The notes below the pieces were generated by a model. The model saw nothing but the letters and a program-made list of their open reading frames with translations, had not been told where the DNA came from and did not search any database. 64,000 bases of DNA from Bradymonadia bacterium (GTDB taxonomy: Bacteria > Myxococcota_A > Bradymonadia > REDH01): contig JBLHWZ010000001.1 in the NCBI GenBank assembly GCA_047629415.1, positions 3,808 to 67,807 of the forward strand, in the 5' to 3' direction. Made by a program: the position numbers and the translations under genes. Below are positions 28,550-38,441 of this stretch, in pieces (the stretch's first letter is position 1; every line of letters begins with the position of its first letter).

Positions 28550-29952
28550 AGATTGCACCCGCACTTGCTGCCGCCCTCGCCCTCTCTTGGGCAGCGATTG
28601 GCTGTTCCCCGGACCGCGATGAGGATGACGCCGCCTTCGCCATCCCTGGCATAGGCGGCGACAATGGTGACGGACAAGGCGACGATACGTGCGATCTCCC
28701 GTGCCTCTTTGGTTCCGTGTGTATCGAGGGCGAGTGCGTACTGCCCTGCGATCCCACCTGCGACGACGGCGATACCTGTGTGCTCGGCTTCTGCATCGAG
28801 GGAGAGTTTGAAGACGGCCCCGATTTCGATGAGCCGTGTGCACCGGCGTGCGCACTAGACGAGGTCTGCTTTGGCGGGGAGTGTGAGCCCGCAGAGTGTG
28901 ATCCTGGATGCGCACCAAATCAGATTTGCACCCGCACCGGTGCCTGTCAGGACCGCGACGCGTGCGCTGATGATCGCGAGTGCACCGACGGGGCCTGCAT
29001 CGGCGGGTCCTGTGTGCCTGCGATCGATCCCGCGACGTGGGAGCCGATCGGCCCTACTTCCTACGTGTACTACGTGGAGCTTCCGCCAGCGGTGGGCCCG
29101 GACGCTTGCTGCTTTGACATCAACGGCGACGGCGAAATCGACAACGCGATCGCTACGCTCTCGACCGTACTCGCGGTCGTCGGAATCACCGACATCGAAG
29201 GCGACTGGTTCGGGGCGATCGAAGACGACAAAATCGGCTACGCCTTTGCCTTCGACGGACTCGACGGCGAGGTCAGCGACATCGACCTTGGGGTGATTCG
29301 GGTCCACAACGACCGCAACCGCGACGACTGGCCCGACCAAGAGTGGGAAGAGCGTGCGGACGGCGAAGGCGTCTTCGAGATCGACCGCGCCGGCATCACC
29401 CGCTTTGGTCCGGAGACGCGCTTCCCTCGGGCCTCCGTTCGCTTCGGAGAGCTCTCAGCCGGCGTCAGCGAGTTCGTGATGGCGTTCCCAGCTGACGCGC
29501 TACTCGCGACGTCACGAGAGCCCGTCTACTACCGCATCCAGGACGCCCGCATCGACGGCGACTTGCGGATCGATGGAGACGAAATCTGGGCCGGCGACTT
29601 CGAAGACGAAGCGGGCGTCGCCATCGGCGGCGCGATCTCGGCTGAGGACTGGGTCGACACCCTCAACTTGGCCGCGCTGGGCTGCGACTGTCTCGGATTC
29701 GGCGCGGGAGAGAGACTCTTCTCACTGGAGCGTGACGAAGGCGACCTCATCATCTTCTGCGACGAGGACGTCGACTTGGATGATTGCGAACAGGAGGAGA
29801 ACAGCTGCGCCAACCTGCCCCTCGTGTGCCAAGCGCTGCCAACGCTCAGCCGCTTTGGCCCGTGGGACGTCGATTTGGACGGTGACGGCTTGGGAGATGC
29901 CGCCAGTATTGGCCTTCGGATGTGGTTAGCCCCGGCTGAGATCGTGGAGTAG
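28546..29952 (+). CDS. Lipoprotein with myxobacterial-type Cys-rich repeats (CxxGxC) and an Asp-rich beta domain
   Basis: Lipobox LSWAAIGCS. Repeats such as CIEGECVLPCDPTCDDGDTCVLGFC are present. It has a 4-nt overlap with the upstream gene. Confidence 0.6.
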   Translation: MKIAPALAAALALSWAAIGCSPDRDEDDAAFAIPGIGGDNGDGQGDDTCDLPCLFGSVCIEGECVLPCDPTCDDGDTCVLGFCIEGEFEDGPDFDEPCAPACALDEVCFGGECEPAECDPGCAPNQICTRTGACQDRDACADDRECTDGACIGGSCVPAIDPATWEPIGPTSYVYYVELPPAVGPDACCFDINGDGEIDNAIATLSTVLAVVGITDIEGDWFGAIEDDKIGYAFAFDGLDGEVSDIDLGVIRVHNDRNRDDWPDQEWEERADGEGVFEIDRAGITRFGPETRFPRASVRFGELSAGVSEFVMAFPADALLATSREPVYYRIQDARIDGDLRIDGDEIWAGDFEDEAGVAIGGAISAEDWVDTLNLAALGCDCLGFGAGERLFSLERDEGDLIIFCDEDVDLDDCEQEENSCANLPLVCQALPTLSRFGPWDVDLDGDGLGDAASIGLRMWLAPAEIVE

Positions 29953-30339
29953 GCCCAGCTTACTCGGCCCCAACTTCGACCGCGCGCATCGAGAACCTGC
30001 GATGAAGGAACGTGACCGGAAACTCGCCCAACGCGCACGCATCCGAGACGAGTTCGGGCCGCTCTACGATGAAGTCTCTCAAATCCTCTTCGATGTGGAT
30101 TCGGTCGGGATCAACTTCGAACACAACACAGTCTAGTACGAGCCCGAGGTCGACACCCTCCTCCCTCGTCTCGGCCTCTGTCGCTCGGCCGACGAGGTTC
30201 GAGTTGGCATTCGTGAGGAGTTCGTCCGCTGGTTTTGCCCCGCCGATATCGGGTCCCAGAGTTCTTACGATGAAGCCGCCAAAAGCGTTTGGCGGGCTTG
30301 GGCCAAGCAGCGGACTCGCGAACACGACCGTTGAGACGC

Positions 30340-31254
30340 TCAGCCGGTCTGACGTGACCTAAAGAAGAACGGGCCCAAGAACACGAGCATCGTCCAGGGT
30401 TTTGAAAGTGAGCGCTCTGCGATCGCGCACCCCCCGCCTTCAGCGGAGTCCGCCGAGTCTGCGGAGTCTGCGGAGTCCGCCGAGTCTCCGGAGTCCCAAG
30501 CATCAGGTCCGCCCGCATCCGTGACATCTCCGGCGTCCGCCTCAAACGCATCCCCGGTGTCTCTGCCGGTTCCGCAGACTTCGGGGCTGCGGGTACCCGG
30601 TCCTGCCGGATACAGCGGCGTGACCGAGAAGCAGCCATTATCGACGGACTTTTGCCCAAACATCTGCGGGCGGCCGCACTCGGCCGGAAGGAGAACCGTC
30701 GCGTCCCCCCGGTGACTTCGGTTCGACACATAGTGCACCCACCACCCCACCGGCTCCCCGACCGCGATGGGTTCGAGCACAGTGAACTGGCCGCCAGTGT
30801 CATAACAATCCCACGTCTGCATCTCGTCCCAGCAACCGCTGGACCACTCTTGCGGGTAGGACTCGAGCGCTGGCGCAAGATCGACACCGCCGAGTTGACC
30901 GACTTCGTCGACGATAGTGATGGAACCCGAGAACTCGAAGAACTCGCCAGCTCTCTGGCCAAACAGTCGAACGTCCACTGTGTGCGTTCCTAGTGGGACT
31001 CCCTGGAGCGAGATGGATTGCCACAGGGCCTCCGGCGCCTGAGCCTCTACTCCATCGATGAGGACGTCTCTGTCCCAGCCGAAGGACGGCACGAGCCAGA
31101 GCACGCCGTCGACCGGCACGGTCCCACCGTCGAGACTCGGATGCGACCAAACGACCTGCGGCTCCGCTGGTGCGCACATCGCGAAAGCCCTCTCGACCGG
31201 AAGAACGAGCGCCAATAACGAGAGCACGAGCCCCAATCCAGTTGCATCTTTCAT
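30340..31254 (-). CDS. Secreted hypothetical protein with a (SAD)n low-complexity stretch and a possible MYXO-CTERM-like C-terminal sorting tail
   Basis: The start is taken at MKDATGLGLVLSLLALVLPVERAFA (signal peptide). The C-terminus is GDSADSADSADSADSAEGGGCAIAE...WTMLVFLGPFFFRSRQTG, i.e. GC followed by a hydrophobic stretch and then basic residues. Confidence 0.55.
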   Translation of the reverse strand: MKDATGLGLVLSLLALVLPVERAFAMCAPAEPQVVWSHPSLDGGTVPVDGVLWLVPSFGWDRDVLIDGVEAQAPEALWQSISLQGVPLGTHTVDVRLFGQRAGEFFEFSGSITIVDEVGQLGGVDLAPALESYPQEWSSGCWDEMQTWDCYDTGGQFTVLEPIAVGEPVGWWVHYVSNRSHRGDATVLLPAECGRPQMFGQKSVDNGCFSVTPLYPAGPGTRSPEVCGTGRDTGDAFEADAGDVTDAGGPDAWDSGDSADSADSADSADSAEGGGCAIAERSLSKPWTMLVFLGPFFFRSRQTG

Positions 31255-31685
31255 GGGCCAGAGGCTAGCGGCGCCGAGAAAGAGCGGCAACTTGGGATCC
31301 ACATCGCCCGAGAGAATCCGTATTCTCGGAGAATACTCAGGCGGCGTGTCGAGATTGGATTGCCCGATGTTTGCGACGGACATTTCGTTCGTGTCCAGGA
31401 GTGAGTCGGCAGCTCGAGCGGGTCCCTGGAAGGACGAGTGACGAAGACACGGGCGGAGTGAACAAGCAAACTGGGCAAGCCGATGAAGGACGCCGCCTCA
31501 CCCCACCGTCGGCAGCGGCCTCGAGGCCTTGACCCGGCCTCGCCGAGGGACCTGAGCGACCTGGCCCCTACCACCTACGCAACGGGCCGCGCTCCAAGGT
31601 AGTCCGCGCGTTGTTCACAATCTCTCCGCCCGTCCCTTTCCTGCGGGCGATGGACCATTGCAACCGCGTCGCCTATCCAGCTGGC

Positions 31686-32186
31686 ATGGGAACATTCGAT
31701 CACGTTCATATCTACTCCGCCGACGTCGCCAACACGATCGAGTTCTATCGAGGCGTGCTCGGTGCCCAGCCGATCGGAGACCTCGGAAACTCTGCAGGGG
31801 GGAAAAACCACCTCTATATTCTGGGTGGGCAGTACCTCGCGATCAGTGAGTTCCCCGCGGGCATGGAGGCAAAGCCGCCAGCCGCTGCGCTCGATGGAGC
31901 CCTCGATGTGGGCTTCGGTATGAGCCACTTTGGGTTCAACGTGGTCAATCTTGAGACGACGCTAGCCCGCGCCATCGACGCGGGATGCGAGGCACACAGC
32001 GCACCAAAAACCAGCGGGCCTCTCAAGTACGCTTACGTCACCGGTCCCGACGGCGTGGTCATCGAGTTCACCGAGTACGTCCTGCCGATGCACCTACGGC
32101 CGGCCGGCGCGGCTCTGCAAGTGTTCAACGCTGCGGTCCACGTCATGAAACGCGTCATCGGACGGGCGCTGATCGCTGCGGCATGA
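31686..32186 (+). CDS. VOC-family (glyoxalase/bleomycin-resistance/dioxygenase fold) protein
   Basis: FDHVHIYSADVANTIEFYRGVLG ... MSHFGFNVVNLETTLARAIDAG ... VVIEFTEY. The start could instead be 31611 or 31650. Confidence 0.65.
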   Translation: MGTFDHVHIYSADVANTIEFYRGVLGAQPIGDLGNSAGGKNHLYILGGQYLAISEFPAGMEAKPPAAALDGALDVGFGMSHFGFNVVNLETTLARAIDAGCEAHSAPKTSGPLKYAYVTGPDGVVIEFTEYVLPMHLRPAGAALQVFNAAVHVMKRVIGRALIAAA

Positions 32187-32440
32187 CGGACGATTCGGCC
32201 TCAAAGGCTCGAAGCGCGCATTCTGCGCTAGCCCAGAGCCAGCGACGGCGGCTCCCCGTCGCGCGCGACACGACTCAGGAACTTCGCTCTACGCTACCGT
32301 CGGCTCGCGTGCGCGAGTTCGTGCGGTTTACTGAGGGCAAGCTCGCCGAGGACCTCGCTTGAGCGCATTGTAGGATGGCATCACATCGCAAGGCCGTGCG
32401 AGAGATGCCTTACCGGAGCCCCAACCTTCATCCACGGCCG

Positions 32441-33757
32441 CTACGCCAGCATCAACGCGGGCGTTTCCATGTAGCGAGCGAAGCGAATCAGGAACTTCGC
32501 TCCGACAGCGCCGTCCACAGCTCGGTGATCGCAGGTCAGCGTGACGCTCATGCGCAGGCCGACGGTGAGCTCGTCATTCGGTCCGACGACCGGAATCTTC
32601 TTCGTCGCGCCGACCGCGAGGATGCCTGCTGCGGGCGGATTCAGGACCGCGGTGAAGTGGTCGATTCCAAACATGCCGAGGTTCGAGATCGAGAAGGTCG
32701 AGCCCATGAACTCGTTGGGCTGGAGCTTCTTGTCCCGCGCACGGCGAGCGAGGTCTTTCGCTTCTACCGCGATGTGCGTGAGCGACTTGGCCTCTGCTTG
32801 GCGCACGATCGGCGTGATCAGGCCGCCTTCGAGGGCGACAGCCATTCCGATGTCGGCCGTTCCGTAGAGGCGAATCGAGTCGCCCTCATAGGCGCTGTTC
32901 ATCTCTGGAACGTCGATGAGCGCTTTCGCGCACGCCTTGATGATGAAGTCGTTCACCGAGACTTTCACGCCGGTCTCGTCTTCGGCGAGGGCAGCGTTGA
33001 TCTCTTTGCGGGTCGCCATGACACGGTCCATGGCGATCTCGCGGGTCAGCATGAAGGCCGGAGCCTGCCATGCCTGTCCGAGGTTTCGGGCGATGGCCTT
33101 CCGCATTTGCGAGAGGGGCACGACTGTCGATTCCTTCGGCGAGCCGAGAGTCGGCAGCGAGAACCTCGGCGCGCTGGCCGCCGCTGGAGCTACCGGCTGA
33201 GCAGCCGGAACGAAGCTCTCGACGTCTCGCTTTACAACGCGGCCTTGAGGGCCTGAGCCGGCGATATCCCCTACATCGATGCCCTTCTCTTGGGCGAGCT
33301 TTCGCGCCAGTGGCGAGGCGAGGACACGTCCATCTCCTCGGCCGACCGGAGCCGGTTTCGCTGGTGCAGCGGATGCCGCCGGGGCGGTTGGCGTAGGAGG
33401 TGCGGACGCGGGTGCAGAAGCTTCGGGCGCGGGTGACGACGTGGGCGCAGGTGCGGAGGCGGCAGCTGGCGCTGCGGCCTTGGCCTCGAGCTCTGCGAGC
33501 AGTTCGCTGATGTCCTCTCCCTCCTCACCGACGATGCCCATTGCGACGCCGATCGGCACTCCCGAGCCAGCGGGGATCAGGATCTTGAGCAGGACTCCGT
33601 CGAAGAACGACTCCATCTCCATGGTGGCCTTATCGGTCTCCACCTCGGCGATCGGCTCGCCCGTTTCGACTGCGTCGCCCTCATTCTTGAGCCACGCCAC
33701 CAGCATGCCCTCTTCCATGGTGGGGCTGAGCTGAATCATCTCGATGACTTCTGCCAT
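32441..33757 (-). CDS. pdhC: Pyruvate dehydrogenase complex dihydrolipoamide acetyltransferase (E2)
   Basis: Lipoyl domain with ETDKATME. Ala/Pro-rich linkers follow. The catalytic C-terminus has DHRAVDGA. The start is set at MAEVIEM (complement start codon ending at 33757) rather than track 33952. Confidence 0.9.
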   Translation of the reverse strand: MAEVIEMIQLSPTMEEGMLVAWLKNEGDAVETGEPIAEVETDKATMEMESFFDGVLLKILIPAGSGVPIGVAMGIVGEEGEDISELLAELEAKAAAPAAASAPAPTSSPAPEASAPASAPPTPTAPAASAAPAKPAPVGRGDGRVLASPLARKLAQEKGIDVGDIAGSGPQGRVVKRDVESFVPAAQPVAPAAASAPRFSLPTLGSPKESTVVPLSQMRKAIARNLGQAWQAPAFMLTREIAMDRVMATRKEINAALAEDETGVKVSVNDFIIKACAKALIDVPEMNSAYEGDSIRLYGTADIGMAVALEGGLITPIVRQAEAKSLTHIAVEAKDLARRARDKKLQPNEFMGSTFSISNLGMFGIDHFTAVLNPPAAGILAVGATKKIPVVGPNDELTVGLRMSVTLTCDHRAVDGAVGAKFLIRFARYMETPALMLA

Positions 33758-33776
33758 AATCTTCGGTCTGCGTGGG

Positions 33777-34757
33777 TCAGCTGTAGGTGACGCGTCGAAT
33801 CGCTTCTTTAATGCGTTCGGGCGTGGGCAATACGATTTTCTCGAGCGGAGGCGAGTACGGCATCGGCACGTCCAAGTTGTGCACGCGGAGGACGGGCGCG
33901 TCGAGATAGTCGAAGCATTCGCGCTGGATTCGGTCGGCGATTTCCGCGCCAACGCCGTTGTACTTCCAGCCCTCTTCCACGATCACGACCCGGTTGGTCT
34001 TCTTTACCGACTCGAAGATAAGTTCGTCGTCGAGCGGGCGCAGCGTGCGTGGATCGATCAGCTCGATGTCGACGCCCAATTCCTCGACTAGCCCATCAAC
34101 CGAGTCCATGAGCTGGCGCATCTGGCGCGACCAAGCGATGACGGTGATGTCCTTACCGGCGCGCTTCACCTCGCCCTTGCCCATTGGGATGAGGTATTCG
34201 CCTTCGGGCACCTCCCCCTTCGACGAGTAGAGCGCTTCGTGCTCCACAAAGACGACCGGGTCGTTGTCGCGAATGGCGGTCTTCAACATGCCCTTCGCGT
34301 CATAGGGCGTCGCGGGCATCATGACCTTGAGGCCAGGAATATGCGTGTACTGTGATTCCAGCGACTGGGAGTGCTGAGCGGCCAGTGCACCGCCAGCTCC
34401 GCCAGCCCCGCGCAGCACCATCGGCACATTGAGCGCGCCGGCCGTCATCGCGTGAGCCTTCGCTGCGGTGTTGATCATGCCGTCCAACGCGAGGATCGCG
34501 AAGTTGAACGTCATGACCTCGATGATCGGTCGGCAGCCAGCCATTGCGGCACCGATTCCAAGGTTGACGAACCCGAGCTCGGCGATGGGCGCGTCGATCA
34601 CGCGCTCCTCTCCGAATCGGTCGAGCATACCAGCGGAGACTTTGTAGGCCCCGTTGTACTCCGCCACCTCTTCTCCCATCAGGAAGATGTCCGGATCAAG
34701 ATCCATCTCCTCGATCATCGCCTGGTTCAGGGCATCTCTAAAGAGCGTCACAGCCAT
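33777..34757 (-). CDS. pdhB: Pyruvate dehydrogenase E1 component beta subunit
   Basis: Transketolase-like pyrimidine-binding and C-terminal domains (MAVTLFRDALNQAMIEEM...). It is adjacent to the E1 alpha and E2 genes. Confidence 0.9.
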   Translation of the reverse strand: MAVTLFRDALNQAMIEEMDLDPDIFLMGEEVAEYNGAYKVSAGMLDRFGEERVIDAPIAELGFVNLGIGAAMAGCRPIIEVMTFNFAILALDGMINTAAKAHAMTAGALNVPMVLRGAGGAGGALAAQHSQSLESQYTHIPGLKVMMPATPYDAKGMLKTAIRDNDPVVFVEHEALYSSKGEVPEGEYLIPMGKGEVKRAGKDITVIAWSRQMRQLMDSVDGLVEELGVDIELIDPRTLRPLDDELIFESVKKTNRVVIVEEGWKYNGVGAEIADRIQRECFDYLDAPVLRVHNLDVPMPYSPPLEKIVLPTPERIKEAIRRVTYS

Positions 34758-34759
34758 CG

Positions 34760-35764
34760 CTAGCTCACCGGTGTGGAGTAGACGTATTTGTAGATGAGTT
34801 CCTCATCCGGCCAAGGCGCAGCCTCAGCCTTCTTCAGGACTTCCTTCATTTCGGCCTTGATGCCCTTGTCCATCTCCTTCAACTCGTCCTCAGTGGCGTA
34901 TCCCTTCTCATGAAGGAAGGTCGCGAGCTTCGGGATCGGGTCCTGCGCCTTCTCTTCCGCGAGGTCGTCTTTCGTCCGGTACTTTCCGGGGTCCGACATC
35001 GAGTGGCCGCGGAAGCGTGAGCAGCGGACTTCTAGGAAGAAGGGCCTGCTCGTCTCGCGCACGGTCTCGACGGCGCTCCGCATCGCGTCATGCGTGGCGA
35101 GAACGTCCATGCCGTCAACCACGGCATTGTCGAAGTTGTACGTATTCGACATCTCGTTGGCCGGCAGAATCGAGGAAACTCGCTCAAGCGCCGTTCCCAT
35201 GCCGAACTTATTGTTCTCAAGGACGAAGACGATCGGGATGTCCCAAACAGACGCCATATTGAACGCTTCGTGGATGGCTCCCTGCTGGAGGGCTCCATCG
35301 CCGAAGAACGCCATCGTGACGCCGCCGGTCTTTCGGTACTTCTGGCCGAAAGCGATGCCGGTCGCGAGTGGGACCTGCTGTCCGACAAGCCCCCACCCGC
35401 CCCAGAACCCCTTCTCGATGTCGAAGAGGTGCATCGATCCGCCAACGCCGTGAACGTTGCCTGAAGCCCGACCAAAGAGCTCGTCCATCGCAGACTGCGC
35501 GGGAATTCCCATAGCCAGCGCTTGCGCGTGGATACGGTACGCCGAGATCATGATGTCGTTCTTCGACCGATCGAGGGCGCGCGCCGCTGCGGTGCTGAGC
35601 GCTTCTTGGCCGATGTAGAGGTGGCAGAACCCGTAGATCTTACCCATGCCATAGGCGCGGGCAGCGTGTTCTTCGAACCGCCGCTGAACGAGCATGTCGC
35701 GATACATCGCGACGAGTTCGTCTTTCGGCAGCTCAGCTGCGGGAGTGAACGCGGGGGTAGTCAT
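34760..35764 (-). CDS. pdhA: Pyruvate dehydrogenase E1 component alpha subunit (TPP-dependent)
   Basis: TPP-binding motif GDGALQQGAIHEAFNMASVW...ENNKFGMGT. It lies immediately upstream of pdhB. Confidence 0.9.
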   Translation of the reverse strand: MTTPAFTPAAELPKDELVAMYRDMLVQRRFEEHAARAYGMGKIYGFCHLYIGQEALSTAAARALDRSKNDIMISAYRIHAQALAMGIPAQSAMDELFGRASGNVHGVGGSMHLFDIEKGFWGGWGLVGQQVPLATGIAFGQKYRKTGGVTMAFFGDGALQQGAIHEAFNMASVWDIPIVFVLENNKFGMGTALERVSSILPANEMSNTYNFDNAVVDGMDVLATHDAMRSAVETVRETSRPFFLEVRCSRFRGHSMSDPGKYRTKDDLAEEKAQDPIPKLATFLHEKGYATEDELKEMDKGIKAEMKEVLKKAEAAPWPDEELIYKYVYSTPVS

Positions 35765-35934
35765 CGCGCAAGGGATGGGAGGGAGAGAAGCCGCCGCAGA
35801 GTGGTCATCGGGGCCCGGAAGATCAAGCCCAGCGCGCTCCGCGCCGCGTTAGAAGCCCCGGCGACCGACCGCGCCGCACTCGCAGGCCACCTCAACAGTT
35901 GATCGAAGAGGCCAATGACACGCGCCCAGATCTG

Positions 35935-36300
35935 CTAGGCCTGCTCTCGCTCGATCCTCAGCCCCACCCACTCCGGGTCGCCAGGCACACCGGTCGCGTA
36001 CTTGCGAATCGCCAGCCGAACCCGCTCGACTGAGAGCTCTTTCAGAACGCGGGCGCAGATCTCCTCGGCAAGCGTCTCAATCAAATGAACGCTGGGACCA
36101 TCAACCACATCGACAATGATCTGAGCGATGTCTCGGTAGTCGACCGTTCGGCCAAGCGCGTCCGTGGTCCCGGCAGACTGGGCCGGGACATCGACCTCTG
36201 CATCGAAGGCGAACCGGCGCCCCTCGGCCCGCTCCTCTTCGTACACGCCGTGGCGTCCGCGAATCTCAAGATTGTGCACTGCGATTGTGTCGTAGGTCAT
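35935..36300 (-). CDS. folB: 7,8-dihydroneopterin aldolase
   Basis: 121 aa. The start is set at MTYDTIAVHNLEIRGRHGVYEEER (FolB N-terminal pattern); the upstream extension of the track ORF is probably non-coding. The core VDYRDIAQ and the C-terminal region fit FolB. Confidence 0.75.
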   Translation of the reverse strand: MTYDTIAVHNLEIRGRHGVYEEERAEGRRFAFDAEVDVPAQSAGTTDALGRTVDYRDIAQIIVDVVDGPSVHLIETLAEEICARVLKELSVERVRLAIRKYATGVPGDPEWVGLRIEREQA

Positions 36301-36484
36301 GGAGCGCCGCGTAGCACACGGCGCCGTCGGAGGGCCAGACGGTTTGTCTGGCACGGACCACATGCTTTGGCAGCGACGGGCAATCCGGTCACTTGGGTTG
36401 TCGCAGAGAGAGTTGCGGCGCGTTCCGAAACCCATCGGCCGCCCTGGCATCGCAACGGAGCGCCCAACCATACACCGTCTCCCA

Positions 36485-36787
36485 ATGAACTACCGAAAAG
36501 CCAGTTCTCTGCTGGGCATCTGCACCCTCTCATTCCACCTAATCGCCTGTTCTGAGACAACCACGGAGTCGCTCGAAGAGTCGCTCGAAGAGCCCGACAC
36601 GGGCGCCGACATCGCGACTGGCGTAACGGATGCGGTGACCGTCGGGGTCGACACGGCGCCCGCTCCAGACCTCGGTAACGTGGCTGGCTCGTCGGATGCT
36701 TCCGACTCTGGCTCCGCCGACACGAGCGTCTGCTCGCAAGCACTGCCCCGAGTCGAAGAACCCTGGGCCCTGCCACGGGCGATATGA
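36485..36787 (+). CDS. Lipoprotein signal peptide plus D/S/T-rich linker; probably the frame-shifted 5' part of the downstream DUF3179 gene
   Basis: MNYRKASSLLGICTLSFHLIACSETT is a lipobox. It ends at TGA 36785-36787, which overlaps the ATG (36784) of the next ORF in another frame. Confidence 0.4.
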   Translation: MNYRKASSLLGICTLSFHLIACSETTTESLEESLEEPDTGADIATGVTDAVTVGVDTAPAPDLGNVAGSSDASDSGSADTSVCSQALPRVEEPWALPRAI

Positions 36788-37764
36788 TTCTGCGCGATAC
36801 GCTGACCGATTCCTTGTGGAACGCGCGCGGCGAATCGTTCGCCGCGCCGTGCGAGGGAGTCACCCTGACGAAGCTCCCGTCTCACAATGCGTTCTGGTTT
36901 TCTTGGAGCATCAGCCGAGAAGGACACCCAGTCTGGAATCGCGACGAAGCAAACTCCGCCGGCGCCATTCAAGCTGACGCAGCGGGCGACTGTTTGGTTC
37001 CATGCAACGAAATCCGCTCCGGCGGTCCGCCACCTGATGGTATCCCCGCGCTCGACGTCGACGGCCGATGGAATCGCCCGACGGCGGCTGTGATGGTCGC
37101 GCCGGAAGACCCATCCGCTGAGTATGTCCGCGATGACGACCTGGTCCTTGGCCTAGCGATCGACGGCGAAGCGCAGGCGTTCCCACACAGCATCCTGTGG
37201 TGGCATGAAATCCAGGTGGCACGAGTCGGCGGCCGTGAGGTCAACGTGACGTTCTGCCCACTGACCGGATCTGGGATGATCATCGACGGCGTGCAAGGTG
37301 GTGAGCCTTGGTATGCGTACGTCAGCGGGCGCCTCTTCAGCTCGAACCTGACCATGTTCGAGCGAGATATCGAAGACCCGATATTCTGGAATCAGATGTT
37401 GTTGCAAGGCGTGTCGGGCCCCCGCGCCGGCGAGCAGCTCGAGATTCTCCCGGTCACCGAGACGACCTGGGCACGCTGGCTCGAGATGTACCCGCAGACC
37501 ACGGTCACGAGCGACGAGACGGGCTACAGCCGCAACTACCAGAGCTATCCCTACGGCGACTACCGCTCGGACGATGCGGATACGTTCGCCGGCACTAATC
37601 CCCAGCCAGTAGATACCTACGAGAACAAGGACATGGTGCTGAGCGTTCAGGGCTCAAACATCAGCAAAGCCTATGCCTTCGACGAGATGGAGACCTTTGG
37701 CCAGCGTGTGGCTGTCAATGATGATTTTGATGGTACCCCCCATGGTGATCTTCTAGGACGCTGA
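36784..37764 (+). CDS. DUF3179-family protein (secreted, domain of unknown function)
   Basis: GIPALDVDGRW ... ILWWHEIQ ... VTFCPLTGSG ... LFSSNLTMFERDIEDPIFWNQ fits the DUF3179 pattern read by eye. This frame has no signal peptide of its own. Confidence 0.65.
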   Translation: MILRDTLTDSLWNARGESFAAPCEGVTLTKLPSHNAFWFSWSISREGHPVWNRDEANSAGAIQADAAGDCLVPCNEIRSGGPPPDGIPALDVDGRWNRPTAAVMVAPEDPSAEYVRDDDLVLGLAIDGEAQAFPHSILWWHEIQVARVGGREVNVTFCPLTGSGMIIDGVQGGEPWYAYVSGRLFSSNLTMFERDIEDPIFWNQMLLQGVSGPRAGEQLEILPVTETTWARWLEMYPQTTVTSDETGYSRNYQSYPYGDYRSDDADTFAGTNPQPVDTYENKDMVLSVQGSNISKAYAFDEMETFGQRVAVNDDFDGTPHGDLLGR

Positions 37765-37823
37765 ACACTCCGCCGCCGTCCCGTTCAGCCGCGAAGTCGG
37801 TAGCGAGACTCTCGAGTTCGAGG

Positions 37824-38441
37824 GTGCGAGCGCACCGTGACGGTCGCACAATGACAATTCGTCGAGCACTTCAAGTCCTCGTGAGTGCCCTTGCGGCATT
37901 CGCGTTTGCCCCCGGCTCAGCCCGCGCCATCTCAGGCTTCGCTCCCGAAGCGCAGTCGGCTTGGGTCGAGTTCGGGTGGTCCAGTTGGTCCGCAGACTCC
38001 CAATACGCGGGCCCCTTTAGTCCCGGTGAACTCAGCTACGACGGTGGCGCTTCACTCGGAGATCGGGTGCCTATCTCAATCGACGAGGATGGGGGGATAT
38101 TCGCAAGTACGTCGTTATATCTATCTATACGAGTGACGCAAGTCGAGCGGTTCAGCGACGGCGCGTACTTCCCCATTCAGCAGACATCAGTCTTGGAGTT
38201 GCCCTCGACCCGCACCACAACGGCGGGTACCCGGGACGTCTTCGCTTGGATGGCATACGAGATCTCGGAGACCGAGCGCGTCGGCGTTTCTTTGCTTGGG
38301 CATGTGAAGATTCCTACCACCCAAACCTCCTTCGAAAGCCTGACGGTGCCGCTGTCTGAGGGACAGGCGGACGTGGCGGTCGAACAACAAACGACGTTTG
38401 CGCCGACTCCGCAGCTGCACATCTCTGGACGCTTGCTGTAG
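37824..38441 (+). CDS. Secreted hypothetical protein, N-terminal part of an outer-membrane beta-barrel-like protein; ends at an in-frame TAG
   Basis: GTG start. A signal peptide (TIRRALQVLVSALAAFAFAPGSARA) is reached via the internal ATG 37851. Beta-rich segments follow. Confidence 0.55.
   Translation: MRAHRDGRTMTIRRALQVLVSALAAFAFAPGSARAISGFAPEAQSAWVEFGWSSWSADSQYAGPFSPGELSYDGGASLGDRVPISIDEDGGIFASTSLYLSIRVTQVERFSDGAYFPIQQTSVLELPSTRTTTAGTRDVFAWMAYEISETERVGVSLLGHVKIPTTQTSFESLTVPLSEGQADVAVEQQTTFAPTPQLHISGRLL

Noticed and set aside
29960-30362. Mutually antisense small ORFs (121 aa minus, 116 aa plus) between two secreted-protein genes
   Set aside because: Neither has a recognisable motif or a clear GC3 advantage. 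The minus-strand one (…LVGRATEAETREEGVDLGLVLDCVVFEVDPDRIHIEEDL…) reads more protein-like and could be a real small gene, but the evidence is insufficient.
33279-33734. Ala/Pro/Gly-rich ORFs within pdhC on both strands
   Set aside because: They arise from the Ala-Pro linker regions of E2 and are not independent genes.
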